Shown here in pieces: positions 21,126 through 31,619 of a DNA stretch of 32,000 bases. Numbering within the stretch: the first letter of the stretch is position 1; each line of letters begins with the position of its first letter. Both the position numbers and the translations under genes were made by a program. This DNA is from Aliivibrio fischeri ES114 (GTDB taxonomy: Bacteria; Pseudomonadota; Gammaproteobacteria; Enterobacterales; Vibrionaceae), in NCBI RefSeq assembly GCF_000011805.1, contig NC_006841.2; one strand, given 5' to 3'. The notes under the pieces are model-generated. The model did not search any database, was not told the DNA's origin, and was given only the letters and a program-made list of their open reading frames with translations.

Positions 21126-21864
21126 CGGCATTGGAGTAATCATTTCTAATGGTACTTTACGGTATACAGATAGCCATAGTCCTATTATTTCCGGATTGAA
21201 GATGACGATACCTAAAGGGAAGTGGACTGCAATTCTTGGAAGAAGTGGCTGCGGTAAAACGTCTATTCTTCGTTATTTAGCGGGATTACTGAAAAATAAA
21301 GTCGTATGGTCAGGTGATATCCACATTGATGGGGCAGAAGGCATAGAAGGAAATATTGCTTATATGGCACAGCAAGACTTATTGATGCCATGGTTAAATG
21401 TTATTGATAATGTTTGTTTTGCTAGCAAGTTTTCAGAGGATAGGACAGAAGATAAGAATCGAGCGTTTGAATTGTTAGAGCTTGTTGGTTTAAAAGGCCA
21501 AGAAAGAAGTATGCCGTCACAGTTATCTGGCGGAATGCGTCAGCGGGTGGCGTTAGCTAGGACACTCATGCAAGATAAGCCGTTGGTACTGATGGATGAA
21601 CCGTTCTCTGCGCTAGATGCGGTTACTCGTTATCGTCTACAAGATCTTGCTGCTCAAGTTTTAGTAGGTAAGACGGTTTTATTGATTACTCATGATCCAC
21701 AAGAAGCATTAAGATTGAGTGATAGGATTTATATAATGAAAGGCCAGCCCGCTTCTTCCATTTCTTTAACGGTCCCAAATACGCCGATACCTAGAAAAAT
21801 CAGTGCAGAGCTGGCGGTTCTTCAGCAACAAATAATTGATACTTTAGAGGTCGATTATGTCTAA
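21115..21864 (+). CDS. thiZ: ABC transporter ATPase, thiamine precursor (HMP) uptake type
   Basis: Walker A GRSGCGKTS, signature LSGGMRQRVALARTLMQDKPLVLMDEPFSALD, riboswitch-controlled operon. Confidence 0.85.
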   Translation: MMNNGIGVIISNGTLRYTDSHSPIISGLKMTIPKGKWTAILGRSGCGKTSILRYLAGLLKNKVVWSGDIHIDGAEGIEGNIAYMAQQDLLMPWLNVIDNVCFASKFSEDRTEDKNRAFELLELVGLKGQERSMPSQLSGGMRQRVALARTLMQDKPLVLMDEPFSALDAVTRYRLQDLAAQVLVGKTVLLITHDPQEALRLSDRIYIMKGQPASSISLTVPNTPIPRKISAELAVLQQQIIDTLEVDYV

Positions 21865-22675
21865 ATCTCTTCCTATAAAGCAACCTTCACCAACGCCAAA
21901 TCAGGTAAAAGAAAAACCGTTACAAAAAAGCATCAGCGCTATGATAAGGAATGTAATTAGTGCGATTGTTATTTTGGGATTATGGCAATTCATTGTGATG
22001 GCTTTTGCTTTACCTAGTTTCATTTTACCTAGTCCATTTAGTGTATTTTCTCAATTAATAGAAAGATACGACGTGTTGCTTGAGCATTCATGGATAACGG
22101 CTCAAGAGATCTTACTTGGTCTTGGTTTAGGGCTATCCATGGGACTATTGTTTGCCTTACAAATGTTGCTATTTGACCCACTCAGACGTTGGCTATTACC
22201 TATATTAATAGCCAGTCAAGCAATCCCTGTGTTTGCTATTGCACCTATTTTGATGCTTTGGCTAGGTTACGGTATTGCGTCAAAAGTGGTGATGGCTGCC
22301 TTAATTATTTTTTTCCCAGTTACTACCTGCTGTTATGACGGCTTACGTAATACCCCGACAGGTTATCTTGATTTAGCGCACACCATGGGAGCTTCTAAGT
22401 GGGCAATCCTTAAATACGTTCGTCTTCCTGCGGCTTTACCTACATTGGCTTCAGGTATTCGTGTCGCTGTTGTTGTTGCACCGATTGGAGCAGTAGTTGG
22501 GGAATGGGTCGGTTCAAGCAAGGGGTTAGGCTATTTAATGTTGCAAGCAAATGCCCGAATGATGATAGATGAAATGTTTGCTGCGTTATTCATTCTCGCG
22601 GGGCTATCTGTCAGCTTGTATTTTTTAGCAGATGTATTAATTAAAAAACTCATACCGTGGCAACACGATAAATAA
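21857..22675 (+). CDS. thiX: ABC transporter permease, thiamine precursor uptake type
   Basis: SsuC/TauC-like permease: YLDLAHTMGASKWAILKYVRLPAALPTLASGIRVAVVVAPIGAVVGEWVGSSKGLGYLM. Confidence 0.85.
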   Translation: MSKSLPIKQPSPTPNQVKEKPLQKSISAMIRNVISAIVILGLWQFIVMAFALPSFILPSPFSVFSQLIERYDVLLEHSWITAQEILLGLGLGLSMGLLFALQMLLFDPLRRWLLPILIASQAIPVFAIAPILMLWLGYGIASKVVMAALIIFFPVTTCCYDGLRNTPTGYLDLAHTMGASKWAILKYVRLPAALPTLASGIRVAVVVAPIGAVVGEWVGSSKGLGYLMLQANARMMIDEMFAALFILAGLSVSLYFLADVLIKKLIPWQHDK

Positions 22676-22702
22676 TGTATAAATAAAAGGACTCAATGAA
22701 AA

Positions 22703-23650
22703 ATGAAGAAGGTATTAATTAAAGGCGCTATGGCTCTGCTCCTTTCTAGTTATTCCATGATAGTAAGTGCAGAAGATAAAACCATAACATTAATGTTGGA
22801 TTGGTTTGTAAACCCAAATCACGGGCCAGTAGTGGTGGCACAACAAAAGGGTTATTTTAAAGAAGAAGGCTTGAATATTACGATTCAAGAACCAGCGGAT
22901 CCAAGTATGCCTGCGAAATTGGTTGCTGCAAATAATATCGATCTGGCGATTTCGTATCAAACCAGTTTAACCATTGACGTTGCTGCTGGTTTACCGTTGA
23001 TTCGCTCAGCTACCTTGATTGCAACCCCTCTGAATACCTTGATGGTACTTGATAATGGAAAAATTAATTCACTGGCTGATTTGAAAGGTAAGAAAATTGG
23101 TATTGCGATTGCTGGCAATGAAGAAGCCACAATTGGAACCATGTTAAAAACAGAAAATGTGAATTTTTCGGACGTCAATATTATCAATGTTGGTTGGGCT
23201 CTCTCTTCGTCATTAGCATCAGGTAAAGTCGATGCAATTTGGGGGGGATTACGTAATTTCGAAACTAACCAACTGGCGTTGGAAGGGTATAAAGCGAAAT
23301 CGTTCTTCCCAGAAGAGCACGGTGTCCCATCGTATGATGAGCTTGTTTTTGTTGCGAATGCTAAAACTTACGATGCAGATGCATTAAAGAAGTTTAACCA
23401 CGCTATCGAAAAAGCAACGCAATTTATTGTGAATCACCCTGAAGAATCATGGAAGACCTTTATTTCTTATGCGCCGGATACATTAAATAATGAATTAAAT
23501 AAACGCGCATGGAATGACACTCTAACTCGTTTTGCATTGCGTCCATCTGCGGTAGATTTGCAGCGTTATGACCGATTTTCTGACTTCATGTATCGACATC
23601 AAATGATAAAAACACAACCAAAAGCCCAAAATTTTGTTCCTGTTCTATAA
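22703..23650 (+). CDS. thiY: Periplasmic substrate-binding protein, thiamine precursor uptake type (NMT1/THI5-like)
   Basis: Signal peptide; ITLMLDWFVNPNHGPVVVAQQKGYFKEEGLNITIQEPADPSMPAKLVAANNIDLAISYQ. Confidence 0.87.
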   Translation: MKKVLIKGAMALLLSSYSMIVSAEDKTITLMLDWFVNPNHGPVVVAQQKGYFKEEGLNITIQEPADPSMPAKLVAANNIDLAISYQTSLTIDVAAGLPLIRSATLIATPLNTLMVLDNGKINSLADLKGKKIGIAIAGNEEATIGTMLKTENVNFSDVNIINVGWALSSSLASGKVDAIWGGLRNFETNQLALEGYKAKSFFPEEHGVPSYDELVFVANAKTYDADALKKFNHAIEKATQFIVNHPEESWKTFISYAPDTLNNELNKRAWNDTLTRFALRPSAVDLQRYDRFSDFMYRHQMIKTQPKAQNFVPVL

Positions 23651-23668
23651 AATTTCTATGGAGGAAAT

Positions 23669-24331
23669 ATGAACCATCAAGACTTGATTCAAGCGTGTCA
23701 AAGCCAATGGAATGAATACACGGAACATAATTTTGTTCAGCAATTAGCACTTGGTGAATTAGCACATTCATCATTTTTACATTATTTAAAACAAGATTTT
23801 TTATTTTTGAAGCAATACACCAGAGCATATGCACTTGCGATTTATAAGGCGAGGACGTTAGCGGAAATGCGAATGGCTTTACCTAGTGTTCAAGCATTAT
23901 TAGATTCTGAAATTGCACATCATGTCGCTTATTGTGGCGAATGGGGGATCTCAGAGTCAGAGATGGAGGAAGAACCAGAAGCTTTTGGTACCGTTGCATA
24001 TACACGTTTTGTTCTTGATACAGGAATGTCAGGAGATGTGATTGATCTCTATGCAGCACTGGCACCGTGTTCTATTGGTTATGCTGTTATTGGTGCGCAA
24101 TTATTAGCGAGTGGATCTACCGTACTAGAGGGAAACCCTTACGCGAATTGGATAAAAATGTATGGTGGAGAAGAGTTTCAAAAAGGTGTCGAAAAAAGCG
24201 TTAAACAATTAGATATCCTACTGAATGATATTGAATTAGAAAGCCAGCGTGGACAGCGTTTATGTCATATTTTTAAAACGGCAACTCGTATGGAAGTGGC
24301 ATTTTGGCAGCAAGGGTTGGATGACGCATAA
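23669..24331 (+). CDS. tenA: Aminopyrimidine aminohydrolase / thiaminase II TenA
   Basis: [63 protein letters not shown]. Confidence 0.93.
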   Translation: MNHQDLIQACQSQWNEYTEHNFVQQLALGELAHSSFLHYLKQDFLFLKQYTRAYALAIYKARTLAEMRMALPSVQALLDSEIAHHVAYCGEWGISESEMEEEPEAFGTVAYTRFVLDTGMSGDVIDLYAALAPCSIGYAVIGAQLLASGSTVLEGNPYANWIKMYGGEEFQKGVEKSVKQLDILLNDIELESQRGQRLCHIFKTATRMEVAFWQQGLDDA

Positions 24332-24363
24332 AGCGTGTATTAATAAGAATAGGAAAGAGAATA

Positions 24364-25167
24364 ATGACAATCATGAACATACAATACATTGTAGAATGCT
24401 TAGCTTTATTGCGTGAGAAAAAACCGCTAGTTGTTAATATTACTAATTACGTTGTGATGAATAATACAGCGAATGCTTTGTTAGCATTAGGTGCATCACC
24501 TATCATGGCACATAGTCAGCAAGAAATGGCAGAGATGATGAGCTTCTCTGGTGCGTTAGTTATTAACATTGGAACACTAGATAGTGTATGGACACCACGT
24601 ATGCATTTTGCTGTTGAGCAGGCTAATTTAAATAATAAAGCTGTGGTTCTTGATCCTGTCGGTTGCGGTGCTAGCCAATTACGAACACAAGTTGCTCGTC
24701 AAATAGCTGAAGCTGCAAATAAGTTAATTATTCGTGCTAATGCGTCTGAAGTTATCGCCCTCGCTGGTGAAAATGCACAAAGTAAAGGGGTCGATGCACT
24801 AGATAGTAGTGATTCTGCTGTGGGGGCGGCGTGTTACGTTGCACAAAAGTATCAATGTAGTGTGGTAATTTCTGGTGAAACAGACTACATCGTAACTCAA
24901 GATGCACAATACAAATTGAATAATGGTCATGCAATGATGCCGTTTGTTACAGGTATGGGTTGTACGCATACTGCGTTAACCGGTGCCTTTGCTGCAATCG
25001 GTGATGAGTCTGGTGTTGTTGCAACTGCCGTTTTAGGGGTTGCGGGAGAGATTGCAGCAGAGCAATCAGCAGGTCCGGGGAGTTTGCAAATGAATCTATT
25101 AGATACGCTCTATCAGTTAGATGAAGAAACACTCACTCGTCGTTTGAAATTAACGGTTAATGCTTAG
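24364..25167 (+). CDS. thiM: Hydroxyethylthiazole kinase ThiM
   Basis: [62 protein letters not shown]. Confidence 0.95.
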   Translation: MTIMNIQYIVECLALLREKKPLVVNITNYVVMNNTANALLALGASPIMAHSQQEMAEMMSFSGALVINIGTLDSVWTPRMHFAVEQANLNNKAVVLDPVGCGASQLRTQVARQIAEAANKLIIRANASEVIALAGENAQSKGVDALDSSDSAVGAACYVAQKYQCSVVISGETDYIVTQDAQYKLNNGHAMMPFVTGMGCTHTALTGAFAAIGDESGVVATAVLGVAGEIAAEQSAGPGSLQMNLLDTLYQLDEETLTRRLKLTVNA

Positions 25168-25177
25168 GTTTTATAGT

Positions 25178-25816
25178 ATGAATAATCCTTATACATTGTA
25201 TTTAGTGACAGATGAAAAACAAGATATTGATACATTGTGCCATGTTGTTGCTGAGGCGGTAAAAGGCGGTGTCACCATGGTGCAAGTTCGTGAGAAACAT
25301 GGCGATGTACGTGCTTTTATTCAACGTTCTTTAGCGATAAAAGAAATACTAAAAGATAGTGGTGTACCACTAATCATAAACGATCGTGTTGATGTGGCAT
25401 TGGCAGTTCAAGCGGATGGCGTTCATTTAGGTCAATCTGATATGCCAGCACAAATAGCCCGTCAATTGATAGGCCCTGATATGATTCTAGGACTATCTGT
25501 CGAAAATGAAACACAATTGTGTAACGCCCAAGAACTACCTGTTGATTATCTTGGTATTAGCGCGATATTTTCGACACCAACTAAGACTAATATAATTAAA
25601 GAGTGGGGAATTCAGGGGTTGGCTTTTGCGGTAAAAGAGAGTCAATTACCACTTGTTGCCATTGGTGGGATTAATGACTCAAATATTCGAGAGGTTGTTG
25701 ATACCGGCGTTGATGGGATCGCTTTGGTTTCTGCAATTTGTCATGCTTCTTCTCCAAAACAAGCGAGCCAAGCATTGTTGGGTTTAATGAATGATGACGT
25801 AGAATTGAAAAAGTAA
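25178..25816 (+). CDS. thiE: Thiamine-phosphate synthase ThiE (ORF opens at 25160 within thiM; ATG 25178 preferred)
   Basis: YLVTDEKQD, TMVQVREK, PLIINDRVDVALAVQADGVHLGQSDMPAQIARQLIG, LPLVAIGGINDSNIREVVDTGVDGIALVSAI. Confidence 0.94.
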   Translation: MNNPYTLYLVTDEKQDIDTLCHVVAEAVKGGVTMVQVREKHGDVRAFIQRSLAIKEILKDSGVPLIINDRVDVALAVQADGVHLGQSDMPAQIARQLIGPDMILGLSVENETQLCNAQELPVDYLGISAIFSTPTKTNIIKEWGIQGLAFAVKESQLPLVAIGGINDSNIREVVDTGVDGIALVSAICHASSPKQASQALLGLMNDDVELKK

Positions 25817-25821
25817 TTCAA

Positions 25822-26670
25822 TTATATAGAATCAGAGCACTTTTTTGGGTGCTCTTTTTTTTGCTCTTCTTTCATATTATACATGCGTTTATCGGAACAA
25901 ATTAGCGCGTTTTCTAAATCATCTTTAGTTGATGTTTTTATGCCATAAGCAAAAGAAATTTGTTCATTACAGAGTTGTTCATGTATGTGTTTAATAAACG
26001 CGCTTGAACGACCTTTATGAGTAGTTACGATAAATTCATCTCCTCCGACACGAAAAGCCATTTCTTGTTTAAGACATGCATTTCTAAGAGCTTGAGAAAA
26101 ACGAATGATCATCAAATCACCAACTTGATGTCCTTTTAAGTCATTCACTTTTTTTAAATCATTTAAATCAAAATAAATAAGGTCAAATTCCGTTAACTTT
26201 ATTTCAGAAAGTTTCCTTCTATTATATAGATTTGTGAGTTCATCTTTCATGGTTTGTTTTGCTAACATTTGCATCATTTGGGTAATACCAACGGCAATGA
26301 GTAAAAACGCAATAAACAAAGAACCATCATCTAACAGGGTATCTATAACTTCAAAATGATCGGCATAAAATTCAATTTGAGGAAACTCTGTTAATAAGTC
26401 ATAAGCTTTATTAAATAAAAGAAGACAAGCACCAGCATGAAGAAATGGATATTTTTTGAAGGCGTTAACAGTGGTTAAAAAAATATAAGTAAGCAAGATA
26501 AGAGTTAAGCCTTCAAAACCAAGATCTGATGAGGACTCAAACCCAATATCGTTATAAAAAAACACACAGACAAAAAGAAAAATGAAGAGAATCGTAACAA
26601 CGATGAAGGGCATTTTCTTATTTGTCATGATCATTAACCATTGTTTATGGGGTGCTGTTAAGTATAACAA
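25822..26670 (-). CDS. Membrane-anchored GGDEF-domain diguanylate cyclase
   Basis: Several TM segments, then DELTNLYNRRKLSEIKLTEFDLIYFDLNDLKKVNDLKGHQVGDLMI...FRVGGDEFIV. Confidence 0.88.
   Translation of the reverse strand: MLYLTAPHKQWLMIMTNKKMPFIVVTILFIFLFVCVFFYNDIGFESSSDLGFEGLTLILLTYIFLTTVNAFKKYPFLHAGACLLLFNKAYDLLTEFPQIEFYADHFEVIDTLLDDGSLFIAFLLIAVGITQMMQMLAKQTMKDELTNLYNRRKLSEIKLTEFDLIYFDLNDLKKVNDLKGHQVGDLMIIRFSQALRNACLKQEMAFRVGGDEFIVTTHKGRSSAFIKHIHEQLCNEQISFAYGIKTSTKDDLENALICSDKRMYNMKEEQKKEHPKKCSDSI
25834..25862 (+). terminator. Rho-independent terminator of the thiamine operon
   Basis: AGAGCAC ttttttgg GTGCTCTTTTTTTT. Confidence 0.85.
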
Positions 26671-26736
26671 CTTAGTTTACGATAAAAAACAAGGTGCGAA
26701 GGCGATTTTATCGTTGATTTGTTGTGAAATATAAAG

Positions 26737-26771
26737 AAAAAGCTGCGATTAGAAATAAACAGCAGCTTTTT
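26737..26771 (-). terminator. Hairpin/terminator downstream of the DsbD-like gene
   Basis: AAAAAGCTGC gattagaaataaaca GCAGCTTTTT, 10-bp perfect stem with A/T tails, usable in either direction. Confidence 0.7.
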
Positions 26772-26821
26772 GAGTGGGTATTCACTTTTTAATGTAACGA
26801 TTTGAGTTTTGCTATTCCGTA

Positions 26822-28162
26822 TTATTGATTCGAGCTGCCTTTTGCGTAATTAAGTGCATGAATGACTTCATCGCCATCTAATAAAACTGGAAGAGTTAGA
26901 CCTTGTGGAGTATTAGGCCCATACACAACGGTCAGAGGAACGCCATATCGTTGGTGTTTTTTTAAATACTCCGTTATTTTATGGCTTGGATGAGTCCAGT
27001 CTCCTTGCATGGTAATTACGTTTTCTTGCTGTAATGCAGGGTAGACAGGGTTTTGTAATATCACGCCGATTTTATTAGTTTTACAAGTAATACACCAATC
27101 AGCGCTGACATTAACAAAGACGGTTTTTCCTTGTTTCACATAGTCATCAATAGTACGTTCATCTAATGATTCCCAGCGTAAGTTATCTTCCGTTGGAGTA
27201 ACCCAATATTTGGTGGTCATGCTGCCAACAATAAGTATTGAACTGCTTAAAAAAATAATGACAGCAATAATTGTGATTACCGTATTTTTTCCATGTATAT
27301 GAGCAATTTTATAGAGTAAATAAATACTAAAAAGTAAGGCAATAATTACTGTTAATAAGACTCCAATGAATGGTGAAAGTAAGCTCAATAACCACAATGT
27401 TGAACTCAGCATCATTAAACCAAAGACGATTTTGACTTTGTTCATCCATGGGCCTGATTTTGGCATATATGAAATTAAGTGAGGAAAAACAGCAAAGAAT
27501 AACCAAGGCAAGGCCATGCCCAATCCTAAGAAAGTAAAAATTAATAGCATTTCTAATGTGCTAGCACCTAAAGCAAAAGCGATAGCTGTTCCTAAAAATG
27601 GGGCACTACATGGTGTAGCTAATAGTGTCGCAAACATCCCTTGTATAAAATTTCCGAGTGTTGAATTGTCGCCTTTCTGGGCAATAAACGTTGAAAATCG
27701 ATGCGAAAGCTGTATTTCGAATAATCCCAAAAGGTTAGCTGTAAACAGACCTATTGTGATAGCCATAAAGCCTATAAATAGTGGGTTTTGATATTGGATG
27801 CCCCAACCAATCATTCCACCTGTAATTCTTAAAATAAGTACGCTAAAAGCGAGTAACCAAAATGAAACCAATATTCCTGAGGCAGAAGCTAAAAATTGTA
27901 AACGTATAGATTGGCTATTCATAGAGGATAGAGCGAGCATATTGCTCAATTTCATACCTAAAACCGGCAGTACACAAGGCATAATATTAAGGATTAAGCC
28001 TCCCAATAATGCGATACCAATAATGTTAAATATATTATTTGATTGTATTTCATCAGTAGGTTGGGCTATCGCAGAAACTGAAAAAAGCGATAGAAAAAAA
28101 AGAGTCATTAAAATGATAAATTGACATCGATTGAACGATTTTACTTTTTGAATGATAAACAC
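26822..28162 (-). CDS. DsbD/ScsB-like thiol:disulfide interchange membrane protein with C-terminal thioredoxin-like domain
   Basis: LLGGLILNIMPCVLPVLGMKL, GMFATLLATPCSAPFLGTAIAFA, VFVNVSADWCITCKTNK; no DsbD alpha-type N-terminal domain present. Confidence 0.85.
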   Translation of the reverse strand: MFIIQKVKSFNRCQFIILMTLFFLSLFSVSAIAQPTDEIQSNNIFNIIGIALLGGLILNIMPCVLPVLGMKLSNMLALSSMNSQSIRLQFLASASGILVSFWLLAFSVLILRITGGMIGWGIQYQNPLFIGFMAITIGLFTANLLGLFEIQLSHRFSTFIAQKGDNSTLGNFIQGMFATLLATPCSAPFLGTAIAFALGASTLEMLLIFTFLGLGMALPWLFFAVFPHLISYMPKSGPWMNKVKIVFGLMMLSSTLWLLSLLSPFIGVLLTVIIALLFSIYLLYKIAHIHGKNTVITIIAVIIFLSSSILIVGSMTTKYWVTPTEDNLRWESLDERTIDDYVKQGKTVFVNVSADWCITCKTNKIGVILQNPVYPALQQENVITMQGDWTHPSHKITEYLKKHQRYGVPLTVVYGPNTPQGLTLPVLLDGDEVIHALNYAKGSSNQ

Positions 28163-28213
28163 GGTTTTACTCCGAAAATAATTATATGAAAGATATAAGT
28201 TATTGCGGAATTC

Positions 28214-28588
28214 TTACTCGTGGAAAATACAAAATGCTAAATGTCGCCGCACCCTATAAGAAGTGTGAGGTTCTGTGAAGAGGTTGATTTTATCTACTTG
28301 TTTTTGAATTGCTGAAATAATTGCAAGCACCAAGAGAAACATAACAAGAGCTATATCAAAATATGAAGTATGAGCTTTAATAAGGTGCTCACTACTTGTG
28401 CATTTTTCATTGATATTACTTTGATTGTGTGCGGCTTGTTCGTTGAGCTCTGTAATTGTTGGGGTAGCAGGGCATGGATATGATCTAGCTAGGTTTTGAG
28501 ATAAGCAAACGTATAGAACGATAGCTACTAATAAAAGCATCCAAGAAGCAATGGTTTTTTGTTGATATTGTAAGAGTGTGAATCTCAA
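28214..28588 (-). CDS. Hypothetical small membrane protein, likely co-transcribed with the DsbD-like gene
   Basis: Two predicted TM stretches around a loop with two cysteines (SYPCPATP...INEKCTSS); 51-nt gap to the downstream gene. Confidence 0.5.
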   Translation of the reverse strand: MRFTLLQYQQKTIASWMLLLVAIVLYVCLSQNLARSYPCPATPTITELNEQAAHNQSNINEKCTSSEHLIKAHTSYFDIALVMFLLVLAIISAIQKQVDKINLFTEPHTSYRVRRHLAFCIFHE

Positions 28589-28809
28589 AAAGTCTAACTC
28601 AATAACGTAAATTCTTTTGGTATTTTATGTTTAAAATTTAAAAGGTCAATTGCTCCTCGTAACAAATATAAACCTATTGTGAAATAACTACGTTTAATAT
28701 TAGTTCTGTGAATTGTTGGCATGAAAATTGATAATAAAATGAAATAATAATTATGTGTCTACTGCAACTTATAGTAAAGATGTAGATGGAACTACCTGAG
28801 AGAAAAGTT

Positions 28810-30471
28810 ATGAATTTATCAATCAAATCAAGATTATATTTGCTTGCAATATTACCAATAGTTTTAACCTCTTTGTTAATCATGTTAATGACATACAAGG
28901 AAACGAATGCGCTTAACCAAGCACAAATGGATATGACGCGCACACAAATGATGGAGATGAAACGCGTAGAATTGAAATCGTATTTAGATATCGTTTCATC
29001 AGAATTAGAACACCTTGAAAAACAAGGGAAATCCATAGATGAAGTGCTCGAAACACTAAAACCGATTCAATTTGCTGATACAGGTTATTTATTTGGTTTC
29101 CAATCCAATGGTGTACGAATTTTACAAGGTAATACCAATGATATTGGTAACAATATGTGGAATGCGAAAGACAAAAGAGGCAACTATTTGATCCAAGATA
29201 TCATTACTGCCGCTAAAAATAAGTCTGGATATTCAACATATTACTACCCTAAATTAAATGAAACTGTTGCTTTACCTAAACTGGCTTACAGTGTTTATTT
29301 TCCAACATGGGATTTGATTGTAGGTACTGGTTTCTATACGGATGATGTTGATGCCGTTATTGCGGATATGAAAGCGCTTAGTGATGAGCAGCTTGCACAA
29401 AGTATGAAAGCGATTGTGTTGTTCACATTAGTTATTGTGGCTGTTGTTGCAATGATCGGCTTTTATATCAATAGAAGCATTATGGCTCCAATTCAAAAAT
29501 TTGATGAATCGATTCGTTCATTTGCTTCGGGTGATGCAGATTTAACGGCAAGAATGCCTGAGTTTACCGTTCCTGAGTTTAATCAATTGAGTCATAATTT
29601 TAACTTATTCGTTAATTCTCTACATCAAATCATTAGTAATGTATCACTAGTGAGTCAAGATGTCGTCGCTGAAACCACTCGAATGTCAGAGCGTTCAGCG
29701 CAAGTTAATGCTGTAGTAACTAATCAACGCTCAGAAACTGAGCAAATTGCAACAGCGATGACAGAGCTAACGACGTCTTCTCATGAGATATCTGCTAATG
29801 CTGAGCAAGCGGCTAATTCAGCTCAAGATGCTGATAATAATGCACAAGTTGCAATGCAAACCGTAAATGAAGCATCAGAATCAGTGAAGACGCTAGCTGC
29901 AGAATTAGATGAAGCAAGTGATGTTATTTCAAAATTAGAAGGTGATGTACAAAATATCGCAAGTACGTTATCCGTTATTCAAGATATCGCTGAACAAACA
30001 AACTTGTTAGCTCTTAATGCGGCTATTGAAGCGGCAAGGGCGGGGGAACAAGGGCGTGGATTTGCCGTTGTTGCTGATGAAGTTCGTAAATTGGCGAGTC
30101 GTACTCAAGAGAGTACAGCACAAATTCATCAACGAATTGAAGCGCTTAAGTCCGGTTCTGATTCGGCAGTACAAGTGATGGCGGCAAGTAAAAACTTCAG
30201 TACATTGACGGTAACTAAAGCGGTCGCTGCATCTGAGTCGTTAAGCCAAATTTTAGTGTCGGTTAATACGATCATGGAAATGAACTCATTAATAGCGACA
30301 GCGACCCAAGAGCAGAGTTTGGTTGGTCAAGAGATCTCAGAGCGTATTGTGTCGGTATCCGATCAGAGTTCAGAATCAGCAGATTTAGCGAGTCAAAACC
30401 GCTCTGGTGGTATTGTGTTAAACCAAAAAGCCAACGAACTGTCAGAATTAGTTGAGCGTTTTACACTTTAA
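28810..30471 (+). CDS. Methyl-accepting chemotaxis protein (MCP3) with a Cache-type sensor domain
   Basis: Sensor region [17 protein letters not shown]...[29 protein letters not shown], and [53 protein letters not shown] 28810 preferred over 28786. Confidence 0.93.
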   Translation: MNLSIKSRLYLLAILPIVLTSLLIMLMTYKETNALNQAQMDMTRTQMMEMKRVELKSYLDIVSSELEHLEKQGKSIDEVLETLKPIQFADTGYLFGFQSNGVRILQGNTNDIGNNMWNAKDKRGNYLIQDIITAAKNKSGYSTYYYPKLNETVALPKLAYSVYFPTWDLIVGTGFYTDDVDAVIADMKALSDEQLAQSMKAIVLFTLVIVAVVAMIGFYINRSIMAPIQKFDESIRSFASGDADLTARMPEFTVPEFNQLSHNFNLFVNSLHQIISNVSLVSQDVVAETTRMSERSAQVNAVVTNQRSETEQIATAMTELTTSSHEISANAEQAANSAQDADNNAQVAMQTVNEASESVKTLAAELDEASDVISKLEGDVQNIASTLSVIQDIAEQTNLLALNAAIEAARAGEQGRGFAVVADEVRKLASRTQESTAQIHQRIEALKSGSDSAVQVMAASKNFSTLTVTKAVAASESLSQILVSVNTIMEMNSLIATATQEQSLVGQEISERIVSVSDQSSESADLASQNRSGGIVLNQKANELSELVERFTL

Positions 30472-30492
30472 TCGATACGTAAATTAATACAT

Positions 30493-30528
30493 AAAAGCAC
30501 AAGATTGATGAGATCTTGTGCTTTTTTA
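30493..30528. terminator. Terminator between convergent MCP3 and YdjM-like gene
   Basis: AAAAGCACAAGAT tgatg ATCTTGTGCTTTTTT-type stem, read as AAAAGCACAAGATTGATGAGATCTTGTGCTTTTTTAT. Confidence 0.85.
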
Positions 30529-31227
30529 TTACCATAATTTAAAGGTATCCCAATTACTTAACGCTTCAATACTTGAATCAATTGGAGGTGCTAAAAAAGC
30601 TAAAATCACCGTAGCAATTACGAATATTGCAGATAGCGATAAGTTTGAAAAATCAGTCAGTTTTAATGCTGAACCAAATGAGCGTTTAATACGAACATTG
30701 GCCAAATCAACACTGTATATTTCGTCTAATAGAAGATGAATGACACCACCACAGAATACAAAAATGCCGGATAACCAAGCAAATAGATCCGCATTTTTAA
30801 ATTTGTCATTGATAATAAAAGCGGTTGTGTTTGTGGTTAGTAAGCCGCAAAAGAGCAAAAATAACAATGAATGACATATGCCTCTATGAATCGTTTGCCA
30901 CTCGAATACGTTTCGGATCCCATATTTTATAATTAGGTGTATTACAACAGGTAAACCAATTAAAAGCATAAATTGCCTTTCATTAATGGCATCACTCGTA
31001 AAGTAGCGAATACTGAGTAAAACAATACACACAGTAAAAAGATTAAAAATAATATCGAGAGAGGTGGAATTGTCTGAGTCAATATCAGGCAGCAGGCCAC
31101 CAATGGTACCTAAAAACCAAAGCCATAATGCCGTATCAAGATCGATATGGTTAGCGGAAAGAAGTGCTGCAGAGGCGGCACCAGATGTTAATGCGGCGAC
31201 ATTTAAATGTGTGCTGAAATTTGCCAT
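30529..31227 (-). CDS. YdjM-like inner-membrane metal-dependent hydrolase
   Basis: N-terminal ANFSTHLN, GTIGGLLPDIDSDNS, IHRGICHSLLFLLF, GGVIHLLLDEI; multiple TM segments. Confidence 0.8.
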   Translation of the reverse strand: MANFSTHLNVAALTSGAASAALLSANHIDLDTALWLWFLGTIGGLLPDIDSDNSTSLDIIFNLFTVCIVLLSIRYFTSDAINERQFMLLIGLPVVIHLIIKYGIRNVFEWQTIHRGICHSLLFLLFCGLLTTNTTAFIINDKFKNADLFAWLSGIFVFCGGVIHLLLDEIYSVDLANVRIKRSFGSALKLTDFSNLSLSAIFVIATVILAFLAPPIDSSIEALSNWDTFKLW

Positions 31228-31283
31228 AGGTTTTCTAAGAATTCTTTTGTAATATGAAGGCTGATTAATTGAGATAAGAAATT

Positions 31284-31454
31284 ATGTTTAAAATATTTGC
31301 ATTACTGTTCATTGCGTTAGGTATCTATATCGGAATGAATTACGGCGATGAAGTTCAAAGTGTTATGGATTCAGATGCCTTTGAGCAAGTACAAGATACT
31401 TTGGTTGATGGAAAAGATCTTGTGATTGAAAAAATTGAAGATGCTGTTCAGTAA
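31284..31454 (+). CDS. Putative 56-aa membrane microprotein MFKIFALLFIALGIYIGMNYGDEVQSVMDSDAFEQVQDTLVDGKDLVIEKIEDAVQ
   Basis: ATG-TAA ORF not in the supplied track; preceded by GAGATAAG, one TM segment then acidic amphipathic tail, followed by a strong terminator. Confidence 0.7.
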   Translation: MFKIFALLFIALGIYIGMNYGDEVQSVMDSDAFEQVQDTLVDGKDLVIEKIEDAVQ

Positions 31455-31480
31455 TAGTTAGCATGTTCGATGGATAAAAT

Positions 31481-31518
31481 AAAAATCCCCCTTGATAGCA
31501 ATATCGTGGGGGATTTTT
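31481..31518. terminator. Bidirectional terminator between the 56-aa ORF and the OmpA-family gene
   Basis: AAAAATCCCCC ttgatagcaatatcgt GGGGGATTTTT. Confidence 0.85.
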
Positions 31519-31619
31519 GATTCTATACAAACGAACCATGAAAACAAGAGAATAACTGTTTTTATATACAGTTATTTTCTGTTTTGGTTAAATTCATGGC
31601 TAACGATGCGTGAATTAAC

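Noticed and set aside
22957-25132. ORFs 22957..23187, 23586..23834, 23883..24065, 24752..24934, 24947..25132 on the minus strand
   Set aside because: Antisense to thiY, tenA and thiM with no supporting signals.
27516-28124. Plus-strand ORFs 27516..27791 and 27798..28124
   Set aside because: Antisense to the DsbD-like membrane gene; composition reflects the reverse complement of TM codons.
28674-29036. Minus-strand 120-aa ORF over the MCP3 start
   Set aside because: Covers the MCP3 promoter and N-terminus antisense; MCP3 is well supported and the ORF shows no family features.
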